DNA from: Hyalangium minutum | GTDB taxonomy: Bacteria > Myxococcota > Myxococcia > Myxococcales > Myxococcaceae | Direction of reading: 5' to 3' | Assembly (NCBI RefSeq): GCF_000737315.1 | Contig: NZ_JMCB01000020.1 | Location: 124,001 to 188,000, forward strand | Length of the DNA: 64,000 nucleotides | In this document: piece after piece, positions 18,129 to 30,584 of the stretch | Numbering within the stretch: the first letter of the stretch is position 1 | Layout: every line of letters begins with the position of its first letter | Made by a program: the position numbers and the translations under genes | The notes under the pieces: model-generated | Told to the model about the DNA's origin: nothing | What the model saw: the letters and a program-made list of their open reading frames with translations, nothing else | Database searches by the model: none

Positions 18129-19466
18129 ATGGAACCGAAGCGCTTCGACCTGCCTACTGGCCGCGCAGAGGAGGGCTTCAAGGACAAGAAGCCCCTCTAC
18201 ACATTCGGCGAGGCGATGGCCGAGGCAAACCGTTGCCTGTATTGCTCGGACGCGCCGTGCATCAAGGCGTGCCCCACCGCCATCAACATCCCGGAGTTCA
18301 TCCGGAAGATCGGCACGGGCAACGTGAAGGGCGCCGCGCGCACCATCCTCACCGCCAACATCCTGGGCCAGAGCTGTGCCCAGGCCTGTCCGGTCGAGGT
18401 GCTGTGTGCGGGCTCATGCGTCTACACCGGCTGGGGCCGCGAGCCGATCAACATCGGCCGGCTGCAGCGCTACGCGGTGGAGAACACGCTCGAGAAGACG
18501 CCGGAGCTCTTCCAGGCCAAGCCCTCTACCGGCAAGCGCATTGCCCTGGTGGGCTCGGGCCCCGCGTCCATCGCGGCCGCGGGCATGCTCGCGCTGGAGG
18601 GACACACCTGCATCATCTACGAGCGCAAGGCCATCCCCGGCGGGCTCAACTCGCTGGGCATCGCCCCGTACAAGCTCAAGAGCCCCGAGGCCCTCCGCGA
18701 GTTCGAGTGGGTGCTCTCGCTGGGCCGCATCGAGCTGCGCATGGGCGTGGAGGTGGTGGAGCAGGCGAAGGAGCCGGGCCAGGTGTCCACCTCGGAGCTG
18801 CTCGCGTCCCATGACGCCGTGTTCCTCGGGCTGGGGCTCGGGGCGGACTCCAAGCTGGGCGTGCCCGGCGAGGAGGGCGAGGGCGTCCACGGCGCCACCC
18901 ACTTCATCGAGCGCATCAAGGTGGAGCCAGGCCTCGCGCTGAAGGGCGTGAAGCGCGCCATGGTGGTGGGCGGCGGCAACACCGCGCTGGACATCGCCCA
19001 CGAGCTGGCGCTGCTCGGCGTCGAGGTGGACATGGTGTACCGCCGCTCCGAGAAGGAGATGGGCGGCTACTCCCACGAGCTGGACGGCGCGCGGGTGGAC
19101 GGCGTGCGGCTCGTGGAGAACCGCCAGCCGGTGGAGATCGTCCACAAGGATGGAAAGGTGGTGGGCGTGAAGCTGGCCACCACCCGTGATGGCAAGCCCG
19201 TGCCGGGCACCGAGGAGCTGGTGCCGGTGGAGCTCGTCTGCATGGCCATTGGCCAGGAGCGCGCCACCGGCGTGGCTCGGGCCTTCCCGGGCGTGGAGCT
19301 GGACTCCCGCGGCCGGGTGAAGGTGGACGCGGCCACGCACCGCACCGGCAACGCCAAGGTGTGGAGCGGCGGGGACTGCGTCAACGGAGGCAAGGAAGTC
19401 GTCAACGCCGTCGCGGAAGCGAAAGTCGCCGTCCGGGACATTCAACGGCACTTGGCAGGAGCGTAA
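18129..19466 (+). CDS. preT: Dihydropyrimidine dehydrogenase subunit PreT
   Basis: EANRCLYCSDAPCIKACP, GSGPASIAAA, VGGGNTALD; adjacent to preA. Confidence 0.88.
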   Translation: MEPKRFDLPTGRAEEGFKDKKPLYTFGEAMAEANRCLYCSDAPCIKACPTAINIPEFIRKIGTGNVKGAARTILTANILGQSCAQACPVEVLCAGSCVYTGWGREPINIGRLQRYAVENTLEKTPELFQAKPSTGKRIALVGSGPASIAAAGMLALEGHTCIIYERKAIPGGLNSLGIAPYKLKSPEALREFEWVLSLGRIELRMGVEVVEQAKEPGQVSTSELLASHDAVFLGLGLGADSKLGVPGEEGEGVHGATHFIERIKVEPGLALKGVKRAMVVGGGNTALDIAHELALLGVEVDMVYRRSEKEMGGYSHELDGARVDGVRLVENRQPVEIVHKDGKVVGVKLATTRDGKPVPGTEELVPVELVCMAIGQERATGVARAFPGVELDSRGRVKVDAATHRTGNAKVWSGGDCVNGGKEVVNAVAEAKVAVRDIQRHLAGA

Positions 19467-19472
19467 AGAGCG

Positions 19473-20861
19473 ATGGCCGATCTGGAGATTGATTTCTGTG
19501 GGGTTCGCAGCCCGAACCCCTTCTGGCTGGCTTCCGCGCCGCCCACCAACACCGGCGATCAGGTCATGCGCGCCTTCGACGCGGGCTGGGGCGGCGCCGT
19601 GTGGAAGACGCTGGGCAACCCCATCGTCAACGTGACGAGCCGCTTCGGTGGCATCGACTACGGCAGCACCCGGCTGATGGGTCTCAACAACATCGAGCTC
19701 ATCACCGACCGGCCGCTGGAGGTGAACCTGCGCGAGATGCGCGAGGTGAAGCGGCGCTACCCGAAGCACACCCTCATCGCCTCGCTCATGGTGGAGACGA
19801 AGGAGGAGTGGAAGGAGATCATCCGCAAGGCCGAGGACACCGGCGCGGACCTCCTGGAGCTCAACTTCGGCTGCCCCCACGGCATGTGCGAGCGTGGCAT
19901 GGGCTCGGCCGTGGGCCAGGAGCCCAAGGTGCTGGAGGAGATCGCCCGGTGGGCCATGGAGTACGCCCAGGTTCCCGTCATCGTGAAGCTCACGCCGAAC
20001 GTGGGCGACATCCTCGAGCCCGGTGAGGCGGCAGTGCGCGCGGGTGTCCCGGCGCTCTCGCTCATCAACACCGTGAAGTCGCTGATGGGCGTGGACCTGG
20101 ACCGCATGGTGCCGCTGCCGCGCGTGGGCAACGCCTCCACGAACGGTGGCTACTGCGGTCCGGCGGTGAAGCCCATCGCGCTGCACCTGATGTCGCAGCT
20201 GTCGCGCCATCCGCAGTGCGGCAAGCTGGCCATCTCGGGCATCGGTGGCATCTCCAACTGGAAGGACGCCGCCGAGTTCATCGCCCTGGGCGCTACCTCC
20301 GTGCAGGTGTGCACGGCGGTGATGCACTACGGCTACCGCATCGTCGAGGACATGATCGAGGGGCTCTCGAACTTCCTGGACGAGAAGGGCATGAAGTCGG
20401 TGATGGAGCTGCGCGGCCGCGCGGTTCCCGCGTACCAGGACTGGGGCGAGCTGGACCTGTCCTACAAGCTGGTGGCGAAGATCAACGAGGACAAGTGCAT
20501 CGGCTGCCAGCTTTGCTACGTGGCCTGCATGGACGGCTCGCACCAGTGCATCCACGTGCCGGGGCGCACGGAGGAGGAGTCGCGCAAGGCTGGCCACACG
20601 CACATCCCGAAGGACATCCCCAACCGCGTGGTGACGGCGAAGGCCGGCACGCCGGGCGCCCGGGTGCCCTTCGTGGACAACGACGAGTGCGTGGGCTGCA
20701 ACCTCTGCCAGCTGGTGTGCCCGGTGCCGGACTGCATCACCATGGAAGAGCTCCCCACCGGCAAGCCCATGGAGACGTGGAATGACCGGGTGGCCAAGGG
20801 GACAGACTTCGTTCCCGGCGGCCTGGAGGCGACCCAGGCCGCGCGCAGGAAGAGCGGCTAG
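19473..20861 (+). CDS. preA: Dihydropyrimidine dehydrogenase subunit PreA
   Basis: NPFWLASAPPT, ELNFGCPHGM, VKLTPN, two CxxCxxC ferredoxin motifs. Confidence 0.95.
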   Translation: MADLEIDFCGVRSPNPFWLASAPPTNTGDQVMRAFDAGWGGAVWKTLGNPIVNVTSRFGGIDYGSTRLMGLNNIELITDRPLEVNLREMREVKRRYPKHTLIASLMVETKEEWKEIIRKAEDTGADLLELNFGCPHGMCERGMGSAVGQEPKVLEEIARWAMEYAQVPVIVKLTPNVGDILEPGEAAVRAGVPALSLINTVKSLMGVDLDRMVPLPRVGNASTNGGYCGPAVKPIALHLMSQLSRHPQCGKLAISGIGGISNWKDAAEFIALGATSVQVCTAVMHYGYRIVEDMIEGLSNFLDEKGMKSVMELRGRAVPAYQDWGELDLSYKLVAKINEDKCIGCQLCYVACMDGSHQCIHVPGRTEEESRKAGHTHIPKDIPNRVVTAKAGTPGARVPFVDNDECVGCNLCQLVCPVPDCITMEELPTGKPMETWNDRVAKGTDFVPGGLEATQAARRKSG

Positions 20862-22472
<1,611 letters not shown>

Positions 22473-22514
22473 ACACGCCTGTGGGCCCTACCCTAAAGGT
22501 GGGGCCCGCCGCGC

Positions 22515-23147
22515 TCAGGCGAGCTTGCGCCCGAGGAAGTCGAAGGCCTCGAGCTGAAGCTGGCTGGCTGCGGTCCGCAGGTATTCCGACGCCAGGAGCG
22601 TGAAGCACATCAAGTCACCCCGGGGGTGGTGCGGGGCGAGCTGCCTGTCTCTCAGCCGCCCCTCGAACGTGAACCCCAGCCGTCGCGCCATCGCCGCGCT
22701 CCGCTCATTCCCCGGCGAGCACATCAAGTCCAACCGCCGCACCTTGTCGAACTCGAAGGCCACCTTCACCATCGCCGCGGACATCTCTGTCGCGAGGCCT
22801 TTGCCCACCGCGTCCTTGCGGAACCAATAGCCGATCTCCAGCGCCGAGATGCCTGCCCGCTTGAGCAGGAAGCCCTCCCCCATCATCCGCCCGCTCTCCG
22901 GATCGAACGCCCCGTAGGTCCGGTCCTGGTCCAGGTCGAAGTTCCCCCGCATCCGCCGCACGTGCGCGAGGTGCACCTCCAGCGGCTGGACTGCCTCGGG
23001 ATAGACGTCCGCCAGGTGCTCCCCGCTGGAGTCGTGAGCCTCCTTCCGGAGCGCCGCATCGCCCGGCTCCAGGCAGCGGATGAGGAGGCGAGGCGTTCGC
23101 AGGAGGTACGGCGGAGACACAGGCGGCACTGCGGTGGGCGTGCTCAT
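22515..23147 (-). CDS. RimJ/RimL-type GNAT N-acetyltransferase
   Basis: LRTPRLLIR, EIGYWFRKDAVGKGLATE, NERSAAMARRLGF. Confidence 0.88.
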   Translation of the reverse strand: MSTPTAVPPVSPPYLLRTPRLLIRCLEPGDAALRKEAHDSSGEHLADVYPEAVQPLEVHLAHVRRMRGNFDLDQDRTYGAFDPESGRMMGEGFLLKRAGISALEIGYWFRKDAVGKGLATEMSAAMVKVAFEFDKVRRLDLMCSPGNERSAAMARRLGFTFEGRLRDRQLAPHHPRGDLMCFTLLASEYLRTAASQLQLEAFDFLGRKLA

Positions 23148-23178
23148 GCCGCGGTTCTACACAAGAAGCCGCGGAGGG

Positions 23179-26100
23179 TCAGGTCCCTCCGTTCTTCTCG
23201 AGCAGCGGCAGCTCCAGCGTGGCCGTGGCTCCCTGTCCTGGCCCCCCGCTGTCCAGGCGGAGCTCTCCTCCTAACATCCGCGCCGCCAGCGCGCTCGAGT
23301 GCAGGCCCAGGCCGTGCCCGCCCTCGCGCGTGGTGAAGCCTTGGGCGAAGAGCCGTGGGCGGACCTCCGGCTCAATGCCGACGCCGTTGTCCATCACCTG
23401 GATGCGCGCCGTGTTGCCCACCGCGTCGAGCCGCACGTGCATGTTGCGGTGTCCCACAGGCAGCGGTGCCATCGCGTTCTTCGCGTTGGAGATCAGGTTG
23501 ATGAGGATCTGCAGCACCTTGTGCTTGTCCACCCGCACCTGCGCCTGAGTCTGCGGAGGGAGTTCACGGATGACGGTGACGCCGTGGCGCTTGAGCGCCG
23601 CCATCTGAATGCTCAGCGCATCGTCGACCAGCTGCGAGAGATCGCACTCCTCGGTGACGAGCGTGTTGCGCGCATAGGTCTGCTGCAGCTGGACGATGGC
23701 TCGGATGTGCTCCATGTGCTTGCCCATGGCCGACATGCCGTCCAGCAGCGTGGACTGCTCGCGGAGCAGCTCGTCGGTCAGGGCGGAGAGGTAGTCCGGC
23801 AGCTTCGCCCCGCGGGGATCGCGCGTGAGGAAGTCCGCCAGCTTCAGCGCGTTCTCCGAGAACATGGCGGACACTTGCTTCAGCCGCCCCATGCGCGAGG
23901 TGCCCAGCACCTGACTCATCGTCTGGACGTTGATGATGGCGCTCGTCAGCACGTTGCCCACGTTGTGGAGCACACTGGTGGCCACCTCGGCCATACCCGC
24001 CGAGCGGGCCGTCTCCACCAGCTGCACCTGGGCCTGCCGCAGCTCCCGCGTGCGCTCCTCCACCCGCTTCTCCAGGTCGTCATTGGCGCGGCGCAGGGCC
24101 ACCTCCGCGCGCTGCACGTCCGCGTACAGCCGCGCGTTCTCCAGGGAGATGGCCGCTTGCGAGGCCAGGTGCCCCAGCAGTGCGCTCCGCGCTGGAGTGA
24201 AGGCATTGGAGGCCAGGCTGTTCTCCAGGTACAGCACCCCGCGGAACTCCTCCTGGCGCAGCAGCGGCACGCAGAGCACGGAGCGGACCTTCCCGCGCTC
24301 CAGCCACGTGTCCGTCGCGAAGGGGTGGGGCTGGGCGGCGTCGTTGATGAGGACCTGCTCGTGCGTCCGCCGGACGTAGGCGAGGACCGTCCACGGCAGC
24401 GAGGACTCGGCCGGCAACCCCACGGAGCTCTCGGGAGCGGTGCCCGCGAGCGCCATGACCGAGAGCGTGCCCCCGTGCGGCAGCAGCAGGGCGCCGCGCT
24501 GCGCCCCGGCGTTCTCGATGGCCACCTTCAGCAGCGTGTCCGCCAGCCGCTCCAGGACAATCTCGCCGGAGATGGCCTGCTGCGCCTTCACCACCGTGAG
24601 CGCATCGATCTGCGTCGAGTCCGTATCGGTGATCGTTTGTTCGCTGGCCACCGCGTTGGCCACGTGCGGCCACTGCGCATCCAGCTGCTCCGCCTTGCCC
24701 TTGGCTCCCCAGCGCAGGTACGCCTCGCGGGCCTTGCGGGCGTAGTTGTCCGCGATGGTGGGCATCCGCTGCGCGAACCAGAAGCGGGCCGCGAGCTCAC
24801 TGGCCAGCGCCACGTACTGGATGAAGTCGTGCTCGCGGGCCGCCTGGAGCGCCTCCTCGTAGGCACGGAAGGCTTCGGTGTCCCGGCCCGTGACGCGCGC
24901 CAGCTCCGCGAAGACCAGCCGCTCGGGCGCGCGGAAGGTCTCCACGCAGTTGCCTGCCCACTCCGCCAGCTGCTCGTGATGCTTGCGGAGCTCCTCGATG
25001 GCCCAGGCCCGCTGCTCGGCGCTCATTCCGTCGAGTGAAGTCGCCAGCGTCAGCGCTCGGAAGAGGTGGAAGTCCAGGAGCTGGATGTGGCCTACCGAGG
25101 ACCAGAGCAGCTCTTCCGCCCGGACGCTGGCCGCGCGGGCCTCGGCATAGGCGCCCGCCATGTAGCGGGCCTGCATCTTGATGACCCAGTACCAGCACCG
25201 CATGATGCTCATGCGCGCGGGGGTCAGCCCGGCTTCGAAGGTCTCCTCGTGGAAGTCCTCACCGCTCAGCGAGCCGAACGTGGGCGCGAGCCCGCGCAGC
25301 TGCTGAACGTAGCGCTGGGTGAAGTGGATGATGTCACGCACGTCCAGGAACTGCGCCTTGCGCGCGAAGTCCAGGCGCGCCACGGACTCCTGGTAGACCT
25401 CCTCCAGCTCGTGGCCCAGCGCGAGGCGATCCGTGACGATGTGGTTGCAGCAGTAGCCGGCGATCTGGAAGTCACTGGCATGGAGCGCGTGGTGGAAGGC
25501 CCGGCGGATGTAGTCCAGGGCGGTGGAGAGCGGCCGGGTGAAGTAGCAGATCGTCTCCATGCTGTAGAGCGCGGAGCCCCGCAGCGCGGCCAGGTCATAG
25601 CGCTCGACGAGCTCGCAGGCGAGCTGCCCGAAAGCGAAGCCGTCCGCGTAGCGCTTGAAGAAGGGCCCCAGCACCAGCCCGTAGGAGGAGTAGCCGGGGA
25701 TGGAGGCGGGTGCGTTGCCGTGCCGCAGGCTGAGCGAGACGAGCCGGCACAGGTGGAGCACCAGCAGGTTGATGTCCGTGAGGTAGGCCGGCGCGTACAG
25801 GGCCGCCAGCACGCTCATCACCGCCTCCATGTCCGGGTCGGACGCGCGAGGCAGCTCGGCCAGGCTCGCGATGGAGCGGTCCCCCAGCAGCCGCCACACC
25901 TCCGCATTGGCGGCGGCCACCTCCTCCTGCGAGGGGTGCGCGGGCAAGGGCATGCCCATCAGCGAGAGCGCCTCCAGGAGGCTCTCGAGCGCGGCTTGGA
26001 TCTCTCCCGCGACGATGTGGAGATCATTCTTCAGGCGGTAGACAGAAGCAGTCTCCGTCCGCGTACGTGCCCGGGGCAGCAGCGCCTCGACCAGCCGGCG

Positions 26101-28482
26101 GGCCTCGGCGGGGTTGCCGCTCATGAACTCGCAGCGCGCCTGCTCCCGCTGGAGCTTGAAGGCCAGCTCGCGGTTCGTCTCCCAGGGATTCCCTGGCAGC
26201 AGCTGGAAGGCGAGGGCGAAGTAGGTGGCGGCCGAGCGGTGGGCCGTGGAGGCCTGGGCCCGGGTGCCGGCCTCGGCGTTGAGGCGGGCCGCGCGGTGGC
26301 GCTCCTCTGAGTCCGTGAGCAGCTCCGCGCCCACGTTGAGCTGGCTCACCACATCGAAGAGGTTCTCCTGGAGCTCCTCGGGCCGCAGGCTCGCCAGCAT
26401 CAGCCGGCCGATGCGCAGGTGGATGGCCTTGCGCTCCTCCAGGGGGATGAGGGCTTGGGCCGCTTGCTGGATGCGGTCGTGAAGGAAGCGGTAGGCGTCC
26501 GGTCCCGCTGGCGCCACCAGCCCCTCTTGGAGCGCCGGCTCGAGCCCCTGCTCCAGGTCGAGGGGCTCCTCCAGCGGGGAGATGAGGAGCAGGATCCGCA
26601 GCGGGAAGACGTTCCCCACGCACGCGGCAAGCCGTAGCAGGAGCTGTGTGCTGGTGGGGAGCTGGCGCAGCTTGCTCACCATGAAGTCCACGACGTTGTC
26701 GGAGTAGCCCTTGGCGCGGACGCCCTCGGCATCCCAGCGCCAGGTACCCTCGGGCGTGCGCACCAGGAGCCCGTCCTGGTTGAGCGTGAGCAGGAACTGG
26801 AGAAGGAAGAAGGGATTGCCGCCCGTCTTCTCCTGGAGCCGTGCCGACAGCGGCTCGATGAGCGCCGGGCCCGCGCCGGGCAGGGTGTCCGCCACGAGCC
26901 GCTGGACTTCCTCGACGCTCAAGGGCTCCAGCCGCAGGTCTGTCATCCGCGCGCCGGCCTTGCGCAGCTCCGTGAGGGTCAGCGACAGCGGGTGCGAGAG
27001 GCTCACCTCGTTGTCCCGGTACGCGCCAATCCACAGCACCGGCGGCGTCTCCGGGTGGGTGAGCAGGTGCTGGAGCAGCTGGAGGGTGGCCAGGTCCGCC
27101 CACTGCAGGTCATCCAGAAAGAGGACGAGCGGGTGCTCGGAGGTGGCGAAGACGCCGAGGAACCGGCGGAACACGCGGTGGAAGCGGTGCAGCGCCTCGG
27201 AGGCGGGCAGCTCGGGGACCGCGGGCTGTTTGCCGGCGACGAGCTCCAGCGAGGGCACCACCTCCACGAGCACCTGGCCCTGGCCCTCCCAGGCCTGCTG
27301 CAGGTGCTCGCGCCACCGGGCCAGCTCCGCGTCCGTGCCGGACAGCAGCTGCTGCGTCAGCCCTCGGATGGCCTGGGCGAGCGTGGAGTAGGGAATGTCC
27401 TGCTGGAACTGATCGAACTTGCCGCTGAGGAAGAAGCCCCGCTGGCGCACCACGGGCTTGTGCAGCTCATGCACCAGCGCGGACTTGCCGATGCCGGAGT
27501 AACCGCGCACCAGGACGAGCTCGGGCCGGCTCTCGCGGGAGATGCGCTCCAGGGTCTGGCGAAGCGTGGCGGCCTGCGTGTCCCGCCCATAGAGCCGCTG
27601 CGGCAGCTGGAAGCGCGGAGAGTGGTCCAGGAGGCCGGGCACGAAGTGCTCGTGCACGCCCCGGCGCACGCTGTCCCAGCAGCGCTCCAGGTCCGCCTGG
27701 AGCCCCTCGGCGCTCTGGTAGCGCTCCTCGGCCACCTTGGCCAGCAGCTTGAGGACGATGGCGGACAGCACGGGCGGCAGGCCGGGCACCCGCTCCAGGG
27801 GAGGTTGCGGCGCCTGCGCCATGTGCGCGTGGAACCACTCGAGCGCATCCTTGCCGTGGAAGGGGCGCGTGCCGGTGAGCAGCTCGTAGAGGGTGATACC
27901 CAGCGAATACAGGTCCGTGCGGTAGTCCACCGAGCGGTTCATGCGCCCGGTCTGCTCCGGGGACATGTACGCCAGGGTCCCCTCGATGAAGGGCGAGTGG
28001 AGCGCGTCCACGTGCTCCACGAGCTGGAGGCTGGCGGTGCCGAAGTCGATGAGGCACGTCTCCCCGGTGCGGGCGAGGATGACGTTGGAGGGCTTCACGT
28101 CCTTGTGGATGATGCCCCGGCGGTGGAGCTCGGCCAGCGTGGAGGCCAGGGAGATGCCCAGCTCCAGGGCGCGCAGCACCTCGAAGGGCTTGCCCGTGGA
28201 CTCGGACAAGGGCTCTCCCTCCACCTCCTCGAGCAGGAGCACAGGCCGGTCGCGAATCTGCTCGCAGGCATGGACGCGCGGCACGCCCCGCACATCCCGG
28301 AGCCGCTGCAGGATGCCGAACTCGCGGCGGTAGCGCTCCCGCTCGCGCGGGCCGGGTGAGGCCGCCGTGGGCGTCTTCAGGATGAGCGGAAGTCGATCCG
28401 CGTCCCGCACCGCGTGGAAGAGCAGGTTGGTGCCCGTGGATTTGATGGCACCCAGGAGGGTGTAGCCGGAAATGTTGAGCAT
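23179..28482 (-). CDS. Multidomain Ser/Thr kinase-AAA ATPase-GAF-histidine kinase
   Basis: HKDVKPSN/DFG; GYSGIGKS and LDDLQW; GAF (GVLYLEN); H-box LHNVGN, N-box NLISNA, DNGVG, GHGLGL. Confidence 0.95.
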   Translation of the reverse strand: MLNISGYTLLGAIKSTGTNLLFHAVRDADRLPLILKTPTAASPGPRERERYRREFGILQRLRDVRGVPRVHACEQIRDRPVLLLEEVEGEPLSESTGKPFEVLRALELGISLASTLAELHRRGIIHKDVKPSNVILARTGETCLIDFGTASLQLVEHVDALHSPFIEGTLAYMSPEQTGRMNRSVDYRTDLYSLGITLYELLTGTRPFHGKDALEWFHAHMAQAPQPPLERVPGLPPVLSAIVLKLLAKVAEERYQSAEGLQADLERCWDSVRRGVHEHFVPGLLDHSPRFQLPQRLYGRDTQAATLRQTLERISRESRPELVLVRGYSGIGKSALVHELHKPVVRQRGFFLSGKFDQFQQDIPYSTLAQAIRGLTQQLLSGTDAELARWREHLQQAWEGQGQVLVEVVPSLELVAGKQPAVPELPASEALHRFHRVFRRFLGVFATSEHPLVLFLDDLQWADLATLQLLQHLLTHPETPPVLWIGAYRDNEVSLSHPLSLTLTELRKAGARMTDLRLEPLSVEEVQRLVADTLPGAGPALIEPLSARLQEKTGGNPFFLLQFLLTLNQDGLLVRTPEGTWRWDAEGVRAKGYSDNVVDFMVSKLRQLPTSTQLLLRLAACVGNVFPLRILLLISPLEEPLDLEQGLEPALQEGLVAPAGPDAYRFLHDRIQQAAQALIPLEERKAIHLRIGRLMLASLRPEELQENLFDVVSQLNVGAELLTDSEERHRAARLNAEAGTRAQASTAHRSAATYFALAFQLLPGNPWETNRELAFKLQREQARCEFMSGNPAEARRLVEALLPRARTRTETASVYRLKNDLHIVAGEIQAALESLLEALSLMGMPLPAHPSQEEVAAANAEVWRLLGDRSIASLAELPRASDPDMEAVMSVLAALYAPAYLTDINLLVLHLCRLVSLSLRHGNAPASIPGYSSYGLVLGPFFKRYADGFAFGQLACELVERYDLAALRGSALYSMETICYFTRPLSTALDYIRRAFHHALHASDFQIAGYCCNHIVTDRLALGHELEEVYQESVARLDFARKAQFLDVRDIIHFTQRYVQQLRGLAPTFGSLSGEDFHEETFEAGLTPARMSIMRCWYWVIKMQARYMAGAYAEARAASVRAEELLWSSVGHIQLLDFHLFRALTLATSLDGMSAEQRAWAIEELRKHHEQLAEWAGNCVETFRAPERLVFAELARVTGRDTEAFRAYEEALQAAREHDFIQYVALASELAARFWFAQRMPTIADNYARKAREAYLRWGAKGKAEQLDAQWPHVANAVASEQTITDTDSTQIDALTVVKAQQAISGEIVLERLADTLLKVAIENAGAQRGALLLPHGGTLSVMALAGTAPESSVGLPAESSLPWTVLAYVRRTHEQVLINDAAQPHPFATDTWLERGKVRSVLCVPLLRQEEFRGVLYLENSLASNAFTPARSALLGHLASQAAISLENARLYADVQRAEVALRRANDDLEKRVEERTRELRQAQVQLVETARSAGMAEVATSVLHNVGNVLTSAIINVQTMSQVLGTSRMGRLKQVSAMFSENALKLADFLTRDPRGAKLPDYLSALTDELLREQSTLLDGMSAMGKHMEHIRAIVQLQQTYARNTLVTEECDLSQLVDDALSIQMAALKRHGVTVIRELPPQTQAQVRVDKHKVLQILINLISNAKNAMAPLPVGHRNMHVRLDAVGNTARIQVMDNGVGIEPEVRPRLFAQGFTTREGGHGLGLHSSALAARMLGGELRLDSGGPGQGATATLELPLLEKNGGT

Positions 28483-28619
28483 GCCTGATGTCTGGAGCTG
28501 GGAGCCGCCGTTCTCTCGGCTCGACCACCGTCGGTTACGAAGGGATGGGACCAGAGTCCTAGGGACTCCGCAATGGGAGTCCTCTCGGACACCTCTTCAG
28601 CAAGACCTCACGAAGGTGC

Positions 28620-29546
28620 TCACTCTTCACTGCGAGTGAGCTTGGAGGCAGGCGAGAGATTGGCCAGGGCCGCGGCGGAGAGGATGAGCATGCCGCCCAG
28701 GATGAGTGAGGCGGTGAGCGGCTCCTGGAGCAGTCCCACGCCCACGACGACCGCCACCAAGGTGTCGAGCAGAGCCATGGCTCCCACGGAGGAGAGGGAG
28801 AGCCGAGGCAGCAGCCAGTAGAAGAGCTGGTAAGTCACCACTGTACCCCCCAGTGCGAGCCACAGCAGGGCCGCCACCGCGCGAGGCGTCCAGTGTACGG
28901 GCAGCCCGCCCTCGAGCAGAAAGGAGGCCGCCAGCAGGGGCACGCCGCTGCTCAGCGTCTGGACGCACACCAGCAGGTGCGGCGGGACATGGCCCATGTG
29001 CCGCTTCACGAGCACGTTGGCCAGGGCGCAGAACCCCGCCGAGCCGAGGATGAGCAGGCCCCCGGCCACGCCCAGGCTGGAGAGCTTCAGCCCGCTCAGC
29101 TGGGTGTTCTGCAGCGCGAAGACGCCCGCCAGCCCGAGCGCCGCGGCCAGCAGCTTGGGCCCTGTCAGCAGCTGATCCGGGAGCAACAGGCGCCCCATCA
29201 GGAGCACCCAGACGGGGTAGGTGGAGAAGAGCAGCGCGGCCCAGCTCGAGGGCACCCACTGCTGCCCGATGAACATCATCGCGAAGGGAAAGCCGATCTG
29301 CAGGGTGCCCACGCCCACGAGGCTCCCGAGGGTGCGGGGCGTGAGCAAGGACAGGTGCGAGCGGACGAACGGCAGCAGCGCCGCTCCGGCCACCAGCATG
29401 CGGACGCCCACGAGGCGCAGCGGCGGCAGGTCCTCCAGGCCGATCTTGGCCACGGCCCACGTCGAGCCCCAGGTCAGGAAGCAGATGCAGTAGGCGAGGA
29501 CGATCTTCAGTCTGTCCGCGGGACGGCGGACCGGGAGAGGGGCCAT
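28620..29546 (-). CDS. EamA/DMT family transporter
   Basis: TWGSTWAVAK start and about 10 TM segments. Confidence 0.9.
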   Translation of the reverse strand: MAPLPVRRPADRLKIVLAYCICFLTWGSTWAVAKIGLEDLPPLRLVGVRMLVAGAALLPFVRSHLSLLTPRTLGSLVGVGTLQIGFPFAMMFIGQQWVPSSWAALLFSTYPVWVLLMGRLLLPDQLLTGPKLLAAALGLAGVFALQNTQLSGLKLSSLGVAGGLLILGSAGFCALANVLVKRHMGHVPPHLLVCVQTLSSGVPLLAASFLLEGGLPVHWTPRAVAALLWLALGGTVVTYQLFYWLLPRLSLSSVGAMALLDTLVAVVVGVGLLQEPLTASLILGGMLILSAAALANLSPASKLTRSEE

Positions 29547-29560
29547 GGAGGCGAGGGAAC

Positions 29561-30385
29561 TCAGAAGCCTTGGGCGGGCATGTCTGGGGCGCGCTGCAGC
29601 CAGTTGTCGCGCGGGTAGGTGGCCGTGGCGTCGATGCAGTGCACCGAGTAGGCGTGGCGGCTCTTGGGCGAGGTGTTGGCGCCGCTCTTGTGGGGCAGCT
29701 GGCCGTGGAGCATCACGAGCGTGCCCTTCTTCACCTCCAGGGGCACGAAGCCCTCCTCGGGCATGGGCGTGGGGTCCAGCACCTGGAACGCGGTGCCTCC
29801 GCCCGGCGCGCGCACGAAGCGCTTGCGCAGGCCCTGCTTGTGCCCGCCCGGCAGCGCCCACAGGCAGCCGTTCTCCACCGTGGCGTCCTCCAGCGCGAAC
29901 CAGAAGCCCAGGCACGTGAGCGGCTCGGTGTAGAGGAACGTGGAGTCCTGGTGGCTGTTCACCTCGCCGCCGATGTGGGGCTGCTTGAAGATGTACATGG
30001 ACTGCAGCAGCAGCGGCTGCTTCAAGCCCAGCTCGGTGGCCAGCGCCGCCATCCCGGGCGCCCGCGAGAACTGGCGGAAGAGGGGATCCAGGTCATGTAG
30101 CGCATGGCCGATCTTGTTGATGGACAGCGCCTTGCCCTGGCGCAGCGTGCCGTCCGGCTTGAAGGCGTTCTCCTCGAAGAAGAAGTGCACCTTGTCCCCG
30201 GAGGACAGGAAGTACGCATCCGACGTGCGCGTCTGCTCGTGCGTGGTGAAGATGGAGACCGTCTCCGGCTGGAAGGCGGCCACCAGCGCCTCGGCGCGCG
30301 CCTTCAATGCGTCGCACGCGGCCTCCGAGGCGAAGCCCGGCAGCACGAGGTAACCCTGTCGCTCAAACTCATCGGCCCTGCTCAT
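29561..30385 (-). CDS. Phytanoyl-CoA dioxygenase family (PHYHD1-like) 2OG-Fe(II) oxygenase
   Basis: QSMYIFKQPHIGGEV, HQD, H...KSGAN, SRHAY. Confidence 0.9.
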   Translation of the reverse strand: MSRADEFERQGYLVLPGFASEAACDALKARAEALVAAFQPETVSIFTTHEQTRTSDAYFLSSGDKVHFFFEENAFKPDGTLRQGKALSINKIGHALHDLDPLFRQFSRAPGMAALATELGLKQPLLLQSMYIFKQPHIGGEVNSHQDSTFLYTEPLTCLGFWFALEDATVENGCLWALPGGHKQGLRKRFVRAPGGGTAFQVLDPTPMPEEGFVPLEVKKGTLVMLHGQLPHKSGANTSPKSRHAYSVHCIDATATYPRDNWLQRAPDMPAQGF

Positions 30386-30584
30386 GTTCGCCCCCTGCGC
30401 GCGGCGGGACCGTAGCGTTGAATGCTGGATGCTCCAAGGGCGGGCTGAGACTGGGGAACCCGGGGGGGCGCCCGATGTGTGACGAGGTGTGATCAGTTTC
30501 AAGCGATGGTGTGAGTCCCGCAGGTGCGTGAGGGCGCCGCCGGCAGCACTTTGGGCCTGATCCCTGGAGCGATGGGAGCGGGCG

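Noticed and set aside
22483-22507. Hairpin upstream of the NCS1 gene as a riboswitch
   Set aside because: A single short GC stem with no recognisable aptamer; more simply a terminator-like element after the GNAT gene.
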